DNA of 64,000 nucleotides from an uncultured Gammaproteobacteria bacterium (GTDB lineage: Bacteria; Patescibacteriota; Patescibacteriia; Magasanikbacterales; GWA2-37-8): positions 163,850 through 227,849 of the forward strand of contig CAYZGX010000001.1 in the NCBI GenBank assembly GCA_964478235.1, in the 5' to 3' direction. The notes under the pieces were generated by a model. The model was not told the DNA's origin, ran no database searches, and saw nothing but the letters and a program-made list of their open reading frames with translations. Below are positions 1 to 9,632 of the stretch, in pieces. Made by a program: the position numbers and the translations under genes. The first letter of the stretch is position 1. Every line of letters starts with the position of its first letter.

Positions 1-640
1 AGAAATAGCGGTTGGTGGCAGTCCACGGTGCTTGTAGGTATTCCACAGTGAATCAATCCCCCGCTCTTGATCGGTAGTATACACGTCGCCAGTTCTGTCG
101 ACAAAATAATGAACACTCGAATCAACCTGCAACGCCCAACCAATACCAATACGACGCCATAAAATATCAGCAATCATTTTACGACTTTCGAGCGTTCGTG
201 CTTCACGTTCTACAATACTCGCCATGATTATCACTTCATCCATCGTCACCCCACGAGCTTTGGCAATCGCTCGCATCTCATCGGTAATTTGCATGTCACG
301 CAAATCACTAAATCGCTTAATCACTTCGGCGACGGTTGATCCTTTATAAAAACGAACCGTCTCGGGCGCCAGCCAACCTTCTTTGTTGTTGTTAGCGAGT
401 GGTTTTCCTGTAACCGCATAAACATCAGCGGTCGTTGAAGCTACTCCTTGTTTTACCAAATACTCGGCCACATCACGCAGATTCCAACCAGGAATAAGTG
501 TAATCGTAATTTCTTCGCGCGGCACAAACACCACCGGCGGCGGCGTTGGATTAGCGGTTTCATAGAGCTTCCAGGCCAAAAAAGGCGCTGTCGCCAAAAT
601 AAAAACGGTGGTAGCTAGAGCTTTTGCGTTGAAAGACATA
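1..640 (-). CDS. mltG: Endolytic murein transglycosylase MltG (YceG family), N-terminal part; C-terminus lies beyond the window start
   Basis: Reverse-strand translation starting at the ATG at 640-638 gives MSFNAKALATTVFILATAPFLAWK..., a TM anchor followed by a YceG/MltG-like body (SIVEREA, GLPPT motifs). The frame stays open to position 1. Confidence 0.7.
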
Positions 641-644
641 CGCG

Positions 645-1331
645 TTATTCGCTCCAATTGTCGCGGGCCCAAGCTAAACGCTCTGGCACACCAATATCTA
701 TCCACGGAAGATCCGACTGATACACATACAGGCCAGTCATATTTGGAAAGACGTCATACTCAATACTAAACGACTTGGCTTCAGGAAAATATTTTTTAGC
801 TTGTTCGGTAAACAGGTAAATACCACCATTAATATATCCTGGCTCATGACGACCTTCTTTTTCTTTAAATTCTTTGAGATGAAAATCACCTTCATACGAC
901 AAAGTGCCATATGACGCTGCATCATCTACTCGTGTAGCTAAAATAAGCCCGTCACTCGCTAGATCAAGACGACTAGCCATGGCAGTCAAATCAACGGTGG
1001 TGAGTACGTCGCCATTTAACACAATCACTGGTTCGTGTTGGTTAGTAACGTGTTCCCAAGCAAATTTAATCGCTCCACCTGTTCCCAAACGCTCTTCTTC
1101 AATTGCATAGATAAGCCGAACACCAAGATGAGATACACCAATTGTTTCAAACAATACTTTTGAGAGATGACCAGCGGCCAAAACCACCTCGGTAATACCT
1201 AATTTTTTTAGTTTTTCCAATTGCCAATCAAGGACAGTGCGTCCTTTAATTTCTAGAAGTATTTTAGGAATATTTTTAGTGATTTCACCGAGTCGAGTCG
1301 ATAAACCTCCACACAAAATAATAGCCTGCAT
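645..1331 (-). CDS. Sugar-phosphate nucleotidyltransferase (NTP_transferase family, e.g. mannose-1-P guanylyltransferase / glucose-1-P thymidylyltransferase-like)
   Basis: N-terminal MQAIILCGGLSTRLGE...IPK matches the G-x-G-T-R-L pyrophosphorylase signature. Length 228 aa. Confidence 0.8.
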   Translation of the reverse strand: MQAIILCGGLSTRLGEITKNIPKILLEIKGRTVLDWQLEKLKKLGITEVVLAAGHLSKVLFETIGVSHLGVRLIYAIEEERLGTGGAIKFAWEHVTNQHEPVIVLNGDVLTTVDLTAMASRLDLASDGLILATRVDDAASYGTLSYEGDFHLKEFKEKEGRHEPGYINGGIYLFTEQAKKYFPEAKSFSIEYDVFPNMTGLYVYQSDLPWIDIGVPERLAWARDNWSE

Positions 1332-1338
1332 AGCGTAT

Positions 1339-1863
1339 TTAAAAAAACAAAACGAGTAAATACCAGCTAAACGATGTAAGAAGAGCGGCTACAGAAAAAC
1401 CGCCAACAATATCAAATGGGTAATGAGCCCCGGCAAAAACCCGACCAAACGAAACCCATACTGCTAAAATTGGAAACACCTCAAAACCCGGAACAGTGAA
1501 CAAAAAACCAAGGCCAGTGACGAGCCAAGCCGTCATAGCATGATCAGATGGAAACGACTTCGCTCCAAGCGGAGTATAAAGCATTTTTGTTTCTGGGTGC
1601 GATACAAACGGACGAGGTTCGTGAACTAACAGGCCAATTATATAATTAATCCCCCACCCGACAAGCCAGGCGACAGCGAGCCAAGCAACCGGCACAAACG
1701 TCGCCCGTACATCACCAGACACGCTATAGAGCCCGCCAGCTACAAACCAACCAACTAGGGCAAAAATGACCCATTCAGCACCAGCACGACCAAAAGCATC
1801 CAGCCAGCGAAAACGGCCTTGAAGATTGTTGATTTTGCGAAAAAATTCAAAATTATAGTCCAT
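1339..1863 (-). CDS. PAP2-family membrane phosphatase (undecaprenyl-diphosphatase-like)
   Basis: Polytopic membrane protein carrying the PAP2 tripartite motif (HEPRPF ... PSDHA ... GAHYPFDIVGG). Confidence 0.7.
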   Translation of the reverse strand: MDYNFEFFRKINNLQGRFRWLDAFGRAGAEWVIFALVGWFVAGGLYSVSGDVRATFVPVAWLAVAWLVGWGINYIIGLLVHEPRPFVSHPETKMLYTPLGAKSFPSDHAMTAWLVTGLGFLFTVPGFEVFPILAVWVSFGRVFAGAHYPFDIVGGFSVAALLTSFSWYLLVLFF

Positions 1864-1984
1864 AGAATGAGTAGGCGTATCTTACCATTGCGGTCAGCTC
1901 CTGGCAATGGTCAAAAAACACCTTAATCTTGAAAAAAAACCCGATAACTGCTACACTACGGACACCTTTTGCGCAAACCACAAT

Positions 1985-2058
1985 GCGCCTGTAGCTCAGT
2001 CGGTAAGAGCACTACCCTTATAAGGTAGGGGTCGGTGGTTCGAGTCCACCCCGGCGCA
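1985..2058 (+). tRNA. tRNA-Ile (anticodon UAU)
   Basis: Cloverleaf read by eye: acceptor GCGCCTG/CCGGCGC with one T6-C67 mismatch, D-arm GCTC-AGTCGGTAA-GAGC, anticodon stem CTACC/GGTAG with loop CTTATAA (TAT), T-arm GGTGG-TTCGAGT-CCACC. CCA is not encoded. Confidence 0.7.
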
Positions 2059-2071
2059 CACTATTCATACT

Positions 2072-3061
2072 ATGACCAAAAAAATAACCATAACCGAAGA
2101 CGACCACAGCAAACGCCTCGACATTGTACTTGCTGAGAAGCTCGAAGTGAGTCGTTCCCAAGTGCAGAAAATGATTGATGCTGAGCAAATCACCGTCAAT
2201 GGCAAACAACCAAAAAAAGCCGGCGATACCATGAAAGAAGGGTACATCGTTGTAATTGATGAAAAAAAGGAAACGACCAAAACCGCCAAAAAAAGTCACG
2301 TCGTCAACCAACCAATTCCAAGCAAGACTCGTTCCAAAAAAGCTCTAGTTCCCAAAGTTATCTCCGAAACTCCAGATTTTGTAGTGATTGAAAAACCAGC
2401 TGGCCTCTTGGTACACCCTACCCAAGCCGAAGAAGAAAACACTCTCACCAACTGGCTCCTCAAACAGTACCCAGAAATTAAAAAAGTCGGCGACGATCCA
2501 ACTATCCGCCCTGGTATTGTTCATCGCCTCGACAAAGAAGCCTCTGGTCTAATGGTTATCGCTCGAACACAAAAAATGTTCGACCACCTCAAAGAGCAAT
2601 TTAAAAACCGCACCGTCAACAAAGAATATTACGCTTTGGTTCACGACCGTGTCGAGCGCGACGAAGCGACTATCAATTTTCCGATTGCTCGCAGCGGCAA
2701 TACCGAACGCATGGCCGCCCGCCCAGCCAATGAAAACGGCCTTGGCGACGACGAAAAGGACGCTGTCACCGATTTCATCGCCGAACGTCACTTCAAAAAC
2801 TTTAGTTTACTTCGCGTCACCATTCATAGCGGGCGCATGCACCAAATTCGTGTTCATATGCTCGCCTACAACCATCCTATAGTTGGCGACCCACTCTATT
2901 TCCAGAAAAAACGTCGTCGCACTTTTGATGAGCGCCTCGGCCGCCTCTTCCTGCATTCCACCTTACTTAGCTTCACCGATCTGAGCGGTCAAAAGGTCTC
3001 TTTTGAATGTGCACTCCCCCAAGAATTGCGAGATTTCTTAGAAACACTCGTTGTTGTCTAA
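2072..3061 (+). CDS. RluA-family 23S rRNA pseudouridine synthase (RluD-like) with N-terminal S4 domain
   Basis: S4-like N-terminus (RLDIVLAEKLEVSRSQVQKMI), catalytic HRLDKEASG motif, Lys-rich linker insert. Confidence 0.8.
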   Translation: MTKKITITEDDHSKRLDIVLAEKLEVSRSQVQKMIDAEQITVNGKQPKKAGDTMKEGYIVVIDEKKETTKTAKKSHVVNQPIPSKTRSKKALVPKVISETPDFVVIEKPAGLLVHPTQAEEENTLTNWLLKQYPEIKKVGDDPTIRPGIVHRLDKEASGLMVIARTQKMFDHLKEQFKNRTVNKEYYALVHDRVERDEATINFPIARSGNTERMAARPANENGLGDDEKDAVTDFIAERHFKNFSLLRVTIHSGRMHQIRVHMLAYNHPIVGDPLYFQKKRRRTFDERLGRLFLHSTLLSFTDLSGQKVSFECALPQELRDFLETLVVV

Positions 3062-3065
3062 TCCT

Positions 3066-3638
3066 ATGCCCGGCCTTTTTGTTATCATCTCTTCTCCTTC
3101 TGGTGGCGGTAAAGATGTTGTTATCAACAGCCTTATCAAACGCCTCCCGAAGACAACCCGACTCATCACGACCACCACTCGCGAACCTCGCCCCGGCAAC
3201 AAAGAAGGTGTAGACTATTTTTTCACCACCAAAGATATTTTTGAAAAACGTATTGCCAACGGTGATTTTCTCGAATACAACAACTACGCTGGCAACTACT
3301 ACGGCACGCCAAAAAAATATCTAGAAGAACTCTTAGCTACCAACGATGTCGTGTTAAGCCAACTCGAGGTCAACGGCAAACACGCCCTCGATAAACTCGG
3401 CTTTGCCCACCTAGCCATCTTTATGCTCCCTGACAGCCTCGACAACCTTAAAAAGCGCATTGAGCGCCGTGGAGGCATCACCCCAGAGGTTATCGCCGAG
3501 CGCCTCAAAATAGCCGAACGAGAAATCGCCGCTTCCTCAGATTATGACTACCGAATCGTCAATGTGGAAGGGCAATTACCTGAAACTATAGCCAAAATCG
3601 AGGAGATTATTACCTCCGAACTAGCCAAACGAGGGTAG
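3066..3638 (+). CDS. gmk: Guanylate kinase
   Basis: P-loop SPSGGGK plus TTTREPRPGNKEGVDYFF...NGDFLEYNNYAGNYYGTP. Start taken at the ATG at 3066; the ORF track begins at a TTG at 3051. Confidence 0.85.
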   Translation: MPGLFVIISSPSGGGKDVVINSLIKRLPKTTRLITTTTREPRPGNKEGVDYFFTTKDIFEKRIANGDFLEYNNYAGNYYGTPKKYLEELLATNDVVLSQLEVNGKHALDKLGFAHLAIFMLPDSLDNLKKRIERRGGITPEVIAERLKIAEREIAASSDYDYRIVNVEGQLPETIAKIEEIITSELAKRG

Positions 3639-3698
3639 GCTTGACAAAAAGCCCACATTTAGCTAGAATAGCGTCACTCTATTACTTATCATCGTTTT

Positions 3699-4025
3699 AT
3701 GACCGAAGCTACGAAGCAAGTCCTCAAAGCAGGCATGGTGGTCAAAATTCACCAAAAAATCAAAGAAACTAACACTAAAGGCGAAGAAAAAGAACGTATC
3801 CAGATCTACGAAGGTACGATCATCAACGTTCGCCATGGTAACGAAATTGGCGCCACCATCACTGTTCGCAAAGTAGCCGACGGTATCGGTGTTGAGCGTA
3901 TCTTCCCTATCAACGCTCCAGTTATTGCCAAAATCGAAGTTATCAAAACATTCGATGTCCGCCGCGCCAACCTCTCCTACCTCCGTGGAGACTTCAAACG
4001 CAAAATGAAAGAAACTACTAAATAA
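3699..4025 (+). CDS. rplS: 50S ribosomal protein L19
   Basis: 108 aa; the core ...EGTIINVRHGNEIGATITVRKVADGIGVERIFPINAPVI...RRANLSYLR matches the bL19 family. Confidence 0.85.
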   Translation: MTEATKQVLKAGMVVKIHQKIKETNTKGEEKERIQIYEGTIINVRHGNEIGATITVRKVADGIGVERIFPINAPVIAKIEVIKTFDVRRANLSYLRGDFKRKMKETTK

Positions 4026-4033
4026 TCTTCAAC

Positions 4034-4063
4034 AAAAAAACCTGCCAACTGGCAGGTTTTTTT
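4034..4063. terminator. Bidirectional intrinsic terminator between rplS and uvrA
   Basis: A-run, hairpin CCTGCC-aact-GGCAGG, T-run. It serves the convergent rplS (+) and uvrA (-) genes. Confidence 0.6.
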
Positions 4064-4074
4064 GTTATGCTTAT

Positions 4075-6903
4075 TTATAAATATTTCCCGGTCCAACTCT
4101 TTTTATTTTTCTTTACTTCAGCCGGGGTGCCTTCGGCGACCACTTCCCCACCACCTTTACCGCCTTCTGGGCCCATATCAATCACCCAATCAGCTGAGCG
4201 GATAACATCAAGGTTGTGTTCAATCACAAGCACCGAATTACCTTTGGCGACCAACTGCGACAACACCTGGAGCAAACGTTTGGTATCTTCAAAATGCAGA
4301 CCAGTGGTTGGCTCATCAAGAATATATAAAGTATTGCCAGTAGAAGCGCGGGACAATTCTTGCGCTAATTTAATACGCTGCGCTTCACCGCCCGAAATAG
4401 TAGTCGCTGGCTGACCAAGTTCAACGTAGCCGAGACCCACTTCGCGAAGCACATTAAGTTTATCAGCAATCGCTGGAAACTCGCTAAAGAAACTATAGGC
4501 TTCTTCCACTGTCATCTTGAGGACATCAGCAATATGCTTGTTATGATATTTAATTTCGAGTGCTTCTTGATTATAGCGCAAACCATTACATTCATTACAC
4601 TCCACAAACACATCAGCCAAAAACTGCATTGGAATACGAACATAGCCTTCGCCAGCACACGCTTCACAACGCCCACCTTTTACATTGAAACTAAATTTAC
4701 CAGCATCATAGGAGCGCATGCGAGCTTCGGTGAGCGAAGCAAACAAATCGCGAATAAGGGTAAACACACCAGTATAAGTCGCTGGATTGGAACGTGGTGT
4801 TCGGCCAATTGGTGACTGGTCGATGGCAATAACTTTATCAATATTAGAAATGCCTTTGATACTTTTGTGTGCGCCCGGCTCATCTTTGGCACGATAAAAA
4901 TACTTAGACAAAGCTTTACTCAAGATATCGATAATCAAAGTAGATTTACCAGAACCAGACACACCAGTTACCGCCACTAATTTTTGAAGTGGAATCTCCA
5001 CATCAATATTTTTGAGATTAAACGCCTTAGCCCCAGTAATAATAAGAGATTTTGGCGGCAATTTAGCTGTCGCCTGTTTCTTTTTGAGACTGCGATATTC
5101 TTCGCTAATATCAATACGACCGCTCAAATACTCAGCCGTTAACGATTTTTTGTTTTTCTTAAACTCAGCCAATGTACCTTGGGCAATAATTGTTCCGCCA
5201 TAGACACCAGCACCCGGACCAACATCAATGATGTAGTCAGCTTCTTCCATCATCGCTGGATCGTGCTCTACCACCAAGACAGAATTGCCTAAATCACGGA
5301 GGTATTTAAGTGTTTTAATCAGTTTATCGTTATCACGAGGATGCAAACCAACTGACGGCTCATCCAAAATATAAATAACCCCGGTCAAACCAGCTGATAG
5401 CTGACTCGCCAAGCGAACACGGGTAACTTCACCACCAGACAAAGTATTCATCGAACGACTTAAGTGGAGGTATCCTAAACCAACCTCATCGAGATGTTCC
5501 AAACGAGGCATGATTTCTTTGAGCACAGGCTCAACCACTTTAGTTTGAATATTTTTACTCACCCCTTCGGTAGCTTTGCTAAAAATTTTCTTAAGAGCGA
5601 GCAAACTTTCTTCCACACTCATCGCCGCCATATCAGCAATAGTATATTCACCGATTCGAACAGCGAGCGATTCAGCTCGCAAGCGTTTACCTTGGCACAC
5701 CGGACAAATGCGCTCGCGCATGTATTGCTCAATTTCTTTACGAACGTATTCAGAGTTAGTCTCCAAATGCTTTTGCATCAAATCTGGAATAACCCCGGCG
5801 TAGGCAGCCTTTTTCCCTTCCACCTCATACAGCTCAGAGCCGCTACCATACAAAACAATATCCAATACTTTAGCTGGTAAATCACTAATCGGAGTATGAA
5901 CAGAAAAGCCATACTTATCAGCTACTTTGCTGAGCATTTTCTGATACCAACTCTGGTTGCCGGTAATGCGGGTCCACGGCTGAATCGCCCCTTCGGCCAA
6001 GGTAAGCTTGGTATTAGGGATAACCAACTGCGGATCAACTTCCATCGTTACACCAAGGCCAGTACAGCGAGGACACGCGCCGTAGGGGCTATTAAAACTA
6101 AAACTACGCATGTCGAGGCTCGGCATCACTTTGCCACATTTTGGACACAAACCAATAGTGGAAAAAAGTGTTGTCGTTTCATCACTCAAAACACGCACCA
6201 AACCGTTAGACAAATCCACCGCTGTTTCAACAGCCTTTGTCGGATCTTCTTTTTTAATATTAAGGATTTTGCCAACTAATAAATCAACGGTAAACATCTC
6301 TGACGCTGGAAACTCCATCTCCACAACTTCATTAATTTTTACCAAATCACCGTCGATGCGTACCCATTCATAACCTGATTTTTCAATCTTTTCAATCAAC
6401 TCTTTTTTATCCACCACACCTTCACGAACGAGCGGTGAAAAAATACAAACTTCTTTACTTTTACGAGCAATCTCACGAACCCGCTCCACAATTTCACCAG
6501 TAGAATACAATTTCACTGGAACATGACAATCAGGACAATGCTGAGTACCGACACGAGCAAAAAGCAAACGGAGATAGTCATAGATTTCCGTCACCGTACC
6601 AACAGTGGAGCGAGGATTTTGAGTAGAAACTTTTTGGTCAATCGCAATGGTCGGCGACAAACCATCAATTGCGTCAACATCGGGCTTATCTTGCACATCC
6701 ATAAACTGACGAGCAAACGACGACATTGATTCGGCATAGCGGCGCTGACCTTCGGCGTAAATAGTGTCAAAAGCTAAACTTGATTTACCTGAACCAGACA
6801 AACCAGTGACCACAACTAATTTATTTTTTGGAATATCGATCGAAACGTTTTTCAGATTATGCACCCGAGCTCCCTTAACTTTAATCATGTCCATAACAAA
6901 CAA
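4075..6903 (-). CDS. uvrA: Excinuclease ABC subunit A
   Basis: 942 aa with two ABC ATPase modules (Walker [10 protein letters not shown] and [14 protein letters not shown] signatures) and UvrA zinc-finger cysteines. Confidence 0.95.
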   Translation of the reverse strand: MFVMDMIKVKGARVHNLKNVSIDIPKNKLVVVTGLSGSGKSSLAFDTIYAEGQRRYAESMSSFARQFMDVQDKPDVDAIDGLSPTIAIDQKVSTQNPRSTVGTVTEIYDYLRLLFARVGTQHCPDCHVPVKLYSTGEIVERVREIARKSKEVCIFSPLVREGVVDKKELIEKIEKSGYEWVRIDGDLVKINEVVEMEFPASEMFTVDLLVGKILNIKKEDPTKAVETAVDLSNGLVRVLSDETTTLFSTIGLCPKCGKVMPSLDMRSFSFNSPYGACPRCTGLGVTMEVDPQLVIPNTKLTLAEGAIQPWTRITGNQSWYQKMLSKVADKYGFSVHTPISDLPAKVLDIVLYGSGSELYEVEGKKAAYAGVIPDLMQKHLETNSEYVRKEIEQYMRERICPVCQGKRLRAESLAVRIGEYTIADMAAMSVEESLLALKKIFSKATEGVSKNIQTKVVEPVLKEIMPRLEHLDEVGLGYLHLSRSMNTLSGGEVTRVRLASQLSAGLTGVIYILDEPSVGLHPRDNDKLIKTLKYLRDLGNSVLVVEHDPAMMEEADYIIDVGPGAGVYGGTIIAQGTLAEFKKNKKSLTAEYLSGRIDISEEYRSLKKKQATAKLPPKSLIITGAKAFNLKNIDVEIPLQKLVAVTGVSGSGKSTLIIDILSKALSKYFYRAKDEPGAHKSIKGISNIDKVIAIDQSPIGRTPRSNPATYTGVFTLIRDLFASLTEARMRSYDAGKFSFNVKGGRCEACAGEGYVRIPMQFLADVFVECNECNGLRYNQEALEIKYHNKHIADVLKMTVEEAYSFFSEFPAIADKLNVLREVGLGYVELGQPATTISGGEAQRIKLAQELSRASTGNTLYILDEPTTGLHFEDTKRLLQVLSQLVAKGNSVLVIEHNLDVIRSADWVIDMGPEGGKGGGEVVAEGTPAEVKKNKKSWTGKYL

Positions 6904-6925
6904 AGCTATAAAAAATATACATTAA

Positions 6926-8383
6926 TTATTGAGCATAACTACCTTGCGGGTAAGTGCCCGAATCATTCACCACAGCCTCAACTGCTGTTCCGTCGAGATC
7001 GGCATTAGCCGTAATACCCGAAGGTAGCTGATCAAGCGGGAAATAATCTTTAATCGTGACTTGTTTATCCCAAACGCCAACCACTGCTGGGCCAGTATGA
7101 TCTTTGTAACCCACCACAAATCGGGCATCTTTACGGATAGTGTAATTAATATCCAACTCCCCGGTCAGGATAAACCCAACCAGCTCACCTTGTGAGCTAG
7201 AACACCAATCAGCCGGCCTGTAGGCATCAGTGAGGCTACTAAACATGGTTTCGTACGTATTAAACGTTCCTCCTTCACGTGTTACCACTTGATATCCTTC
7301 AGATCCCCCGCCCCATTCTTCATTGTCACCAATAGTCAGTTTGTTGGTGGCTGAATTTCGGCACACCCCATAAAAGGTAAAGGCGTTATCATCAAGCCAA
7401 TCTTTTGAGCCAATATTACTCCAATTGATTGGCAACTTAGCTGCCACCTGATCACTAAACGATGTCACCGCAAACCGCAAGAAAAGCTGGCCAGCCTTAC
7501 AACCATAGCGCATTTTTGCTCCTTCTGGAGTTTTCTTTTGCGGGTCATCAGCGTCAAGCTCTACACATGACGTACCAGCATTACAAACATTACCAAAACA
7601 AGTAGCGTCGCCACCTTCGGTCATGTAAAATCGGTGGCCACAATAAAATTTAGAGGTTTTAACTTCGCTGTACGGCAGGTCATATTTAATGGAAACATCT
7701 GGGGCTGGAATAGCGCTTATCTGATCGGTATATTCGCCAGCAAAATGAAACGAGGTAGTATCCGGAGCCCCAGTACAAAACTGCGGAACCATTGCTTGCG
7801 GACGAACCATCCAGGTTTGCGGCAAGCGAAACGCCACCAATGTCGGATTAACTGTTTGTAAAATAAAATACGAAGAGTACGCGATAAATAACCCAATTAA
7901 GGCCCCACCAATCCGACTCTTGGCACTCGAAATCGCTTCAGAATTGCCAGCCGAGGAGACCCATTGAATACCAGCAACAATAAGCACTAACACTGCCAAA
8001 ATAGCCGCAATACCAATCGCGTAGGTATAGTTAATTTGTAAAAATTCACCAATATTAGAAAATTCACTCTTCCCGCCAAAACTAATTTCTGTTTTGGTTT
8101 TACCCGAAGGCAGGCATTTTCCCCATTCACTGTCGCCACTTCCACCTTTACAGAGCCCCTCATTGGCTACAAAACCACCAACAGCTTGAGCGTATTCTTT
8201 ACTACCCGCTTGCAGTTGCGAAAAAGACTTGCCAGCGAGTTGTTGCGCCACAATTTCTTGGCAAGCCGAACGTTGCCAACATAAAGCGTTGAACTCTGGA
8301 ATACTGGTCTCGGCTTTTACGACCGAACCACCAATAAATAATGAAGCGAGGGTGCACAGGCCAAACACGAAGTGTTTTGACAT
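6926..8383 (-). CDS. Cysteine-rich secreted/surface protein with internal two-helix membrane hairpin (unknown function)
   Basis: Start chosen at the ATG giving the signal peptide MSKHFVFGLCTLASLFIGGSVVKA (the ORF track extends to 8473). More than 18 Cys residues lie in the extracellular domains. The central segment YAIGIAAILAVLVLIVAGIQWVSSAGNSEAISSAKSRIGGALIGLFIAYSSYFIL is a helix-loop-helix hairpin reminiscent of VirB2/TrbC-type pilins. Confidence 0.5.
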   Translation of the reverse strand: MSKHFVFGLCTLASLFIGGSVVKAETSIPEFNALCWQRSACQEIVAQQLAGKSFSQLQAGSKEYAQAVGGFVANEGLCKGGSGDSEWGKCLPSGKTKTEISFGGKSEFSNIGEFLQINYTYAIGIAAILAVLVLIVAGIQWVSSAGNSEAISSAKSRIGGALIGLFIAYSSYFILQTVNPTLVAFRLPQTWMVRPQAMVPQFCTGAPDTTSFHFAGEYTDQISAIPAPDVSIKYDLPYSEVKTSKFYCGHRFYMTEGGDATCFGNVCNAGTSCVELDADDPQKKTPEGAKMRYGCKAGQLFLRFAVTSFSDQVAAKLPINWSNIGSKDWLDDNAFTFYGVCRNSATNKLTIGDNEEWGGGSEGYQVVTREGGTFNTYETMFSSLTDAYRPADWCSSSQGELVGFILTGELDINYTIRKDARFVVGYKDHTGPAVVGVWDKQVTIKDYFPLDQLPSGITANADLDGTAVEAVVNDSGTYPQGSYAQ

Positions 8384-8478
8384 ACTGTTTACCAATAAAG
8401 AATAACTTTTTGTCGCTACAGACTGTAGCACACAAACGAGGTTTTGACAATGCTGACAGGTAAACCCGAACAATCGCC

Positions 8479-9234
8479 TTATTTATTCAAATAAGACGTG
8501 AGGTATTTTTGCCAGACAGTAAAGGGAATGGCTCCTTCTACCTTTTGACCATTTACAAAAAATGTCGGTGTTCCCACAACTCCACTACGGACGCCTTCCA
8601 AATAATCACGGCGAACTTTTTCGGCCGTTGCTGGATTGTCTAAGCATAATGTAAGCGGGCTGTACTCCAAATCTACCGCTGTCGCAATAGTATACACAGC
8701 TTCATCAGACAACGCTTCAGGGAGGGCTTCTTGATTAGCAAACAACCAATCGTGGAGCGGCCAATACCTGTTTTGAGCATAAGCACATTCAGCTAGCTCA
8801 GCTAATTTGGTAGCTCCCGGATGAAGTGTTTCTACTGGAAAATGACGAGTGATATAGGTGACACTGGTGCCATACGAAGACAGCACCTGTTTCATAACCG
8901 GCGCCGCAACACGACAATTTGGACATTTAAAATCAATGAATTCAACAATCACAATCGGAGCGCCTGGACGGCCAAGCATTGGACTTTTGGAATTATCAAG
9001 CTCTACCGACCCAGCCACAGCCGAGGTATGAGGCAAAGCATCAGTAAACTGCCCACGCCACTCAAGAGCTACTCCCGGGGTGGCGCCATGAGAGATCTGC
9101 CACCAATAACGAAGAGTGAACCCAATAATACAAAGAAGGAGGGCGCTAAACAAAAAACCAACGACAATGAGGACTATCCCCCACCATCGCTCAAACCATC
9201 GTCGTTTTGCTGGCGCCTCACTATCAAACGGCAT
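8479..9234 (-). CDS. Membrane-anchored DsbA-family thiol:disulfide oxidoreductase
   Basis: N-terminal TM helix followed by a thioredoxin fold with a CPNC active site (IVIVEFIDFKCPNCR) and DsbA-like C-terminal half. Confidence 0.75.
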   Translation of the reverse strand: MPFDSEAPAKRRWFERWWGIVLIVVGFLFSALLLCIIGFTLRYWWQISHGATPGVALEWRGQFTDALPHTSAVAGSVELDNSKSPMLGRPGAPIVIVEFIDFKCPNCRVAAPVMKQVLSSYGTSVTYITRHFPVETLHPGATKLAELAECAYAQNRYWPLHDWLFANQEALPEALSDEAVYTIATAVDLEYSPLTLCLDNPATAEKVRRDYLEGVRSGVVGTPTFFVNGQKVEGAIPFTVWQKYLTSYLNK

Positions 9235-9295
9235 AAGCTATTTATTAAGGAGTAGTATAACAAAAAAAGCCTCACCTGACTACTTCTGGTATTCA

Positions 9296-9324
9296 TTGAC
9301 AAAAAGACAAGCCTTTGGTATACT
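9296..9324 (+). promoter_or_regulatory. Sigma70-like promoter upstream of secG
   Basis: TTGACA (9296-9301), 17-nt spacer, TATACT (9319-9324). Confidence 0.5.
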
Positions 9325-9362
9325 TCTTTATAAGTTATTAGTTTTGAAAAAAGGCATTTTAT

Positions 9363-9581
9363 ATGCGTGAAACGATTCTCAACATCACTCAAATTGCTCT
9401 GTCATCTGTTTTGATCCTTATTATTGCCCTACAGCAAAAAGGCTCTGGCATGGGCGCGCTCCTTGGCGGCTCAAGCAATGTCTATAGCACCAAACGCGGT
9501 CTCGACAAGGTGCTCCATATTACCACTATCGTTATTGCAGCTGTTTTCTTGGCTGTTTCTCTCGCTCGCGTATTCTTCTAA
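9363..9581 (+). CDS. secG: Preprotein translocase subunit SecG
   Basis: 72 aa with two TM segments around a Gly-rich loop (KGSGMGALLGGSSNVYSTKRGLDK), typical of SecG. Confidence 0.75.
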   Translation: MRETILNITQIALSSVLILIIALQQKGSGMGALLGGSSNVYSTKRGLDKVLHITTIVIAAVFLAVSLARVFF

Positions 9582-9632
9582 AGCAGTCGCCACTTCACAG
9601 TTGCGACTCATTATTTAGGCTCATGTTTCCAC

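Noticed and set aside
2018-2311. Minus-strand ORFs overlapping the tRNA-Ile and the start of the RluD-like gene
   Set aside because: They overlap a well-formed tRNA and a conserved CDS on the other strand, and their translations are Phe/Gly-rich nonsense.
4534-6729. Multiple 60-130-aa ORFs on the plus strand inside uvrA (4534..4815, 5494..5880, 5896..6279 and others)
   Set aside because: Antisense to a highly conserved, full-length uvrA. Low-complexity translations with no start context; they are typical shadow ORFs.
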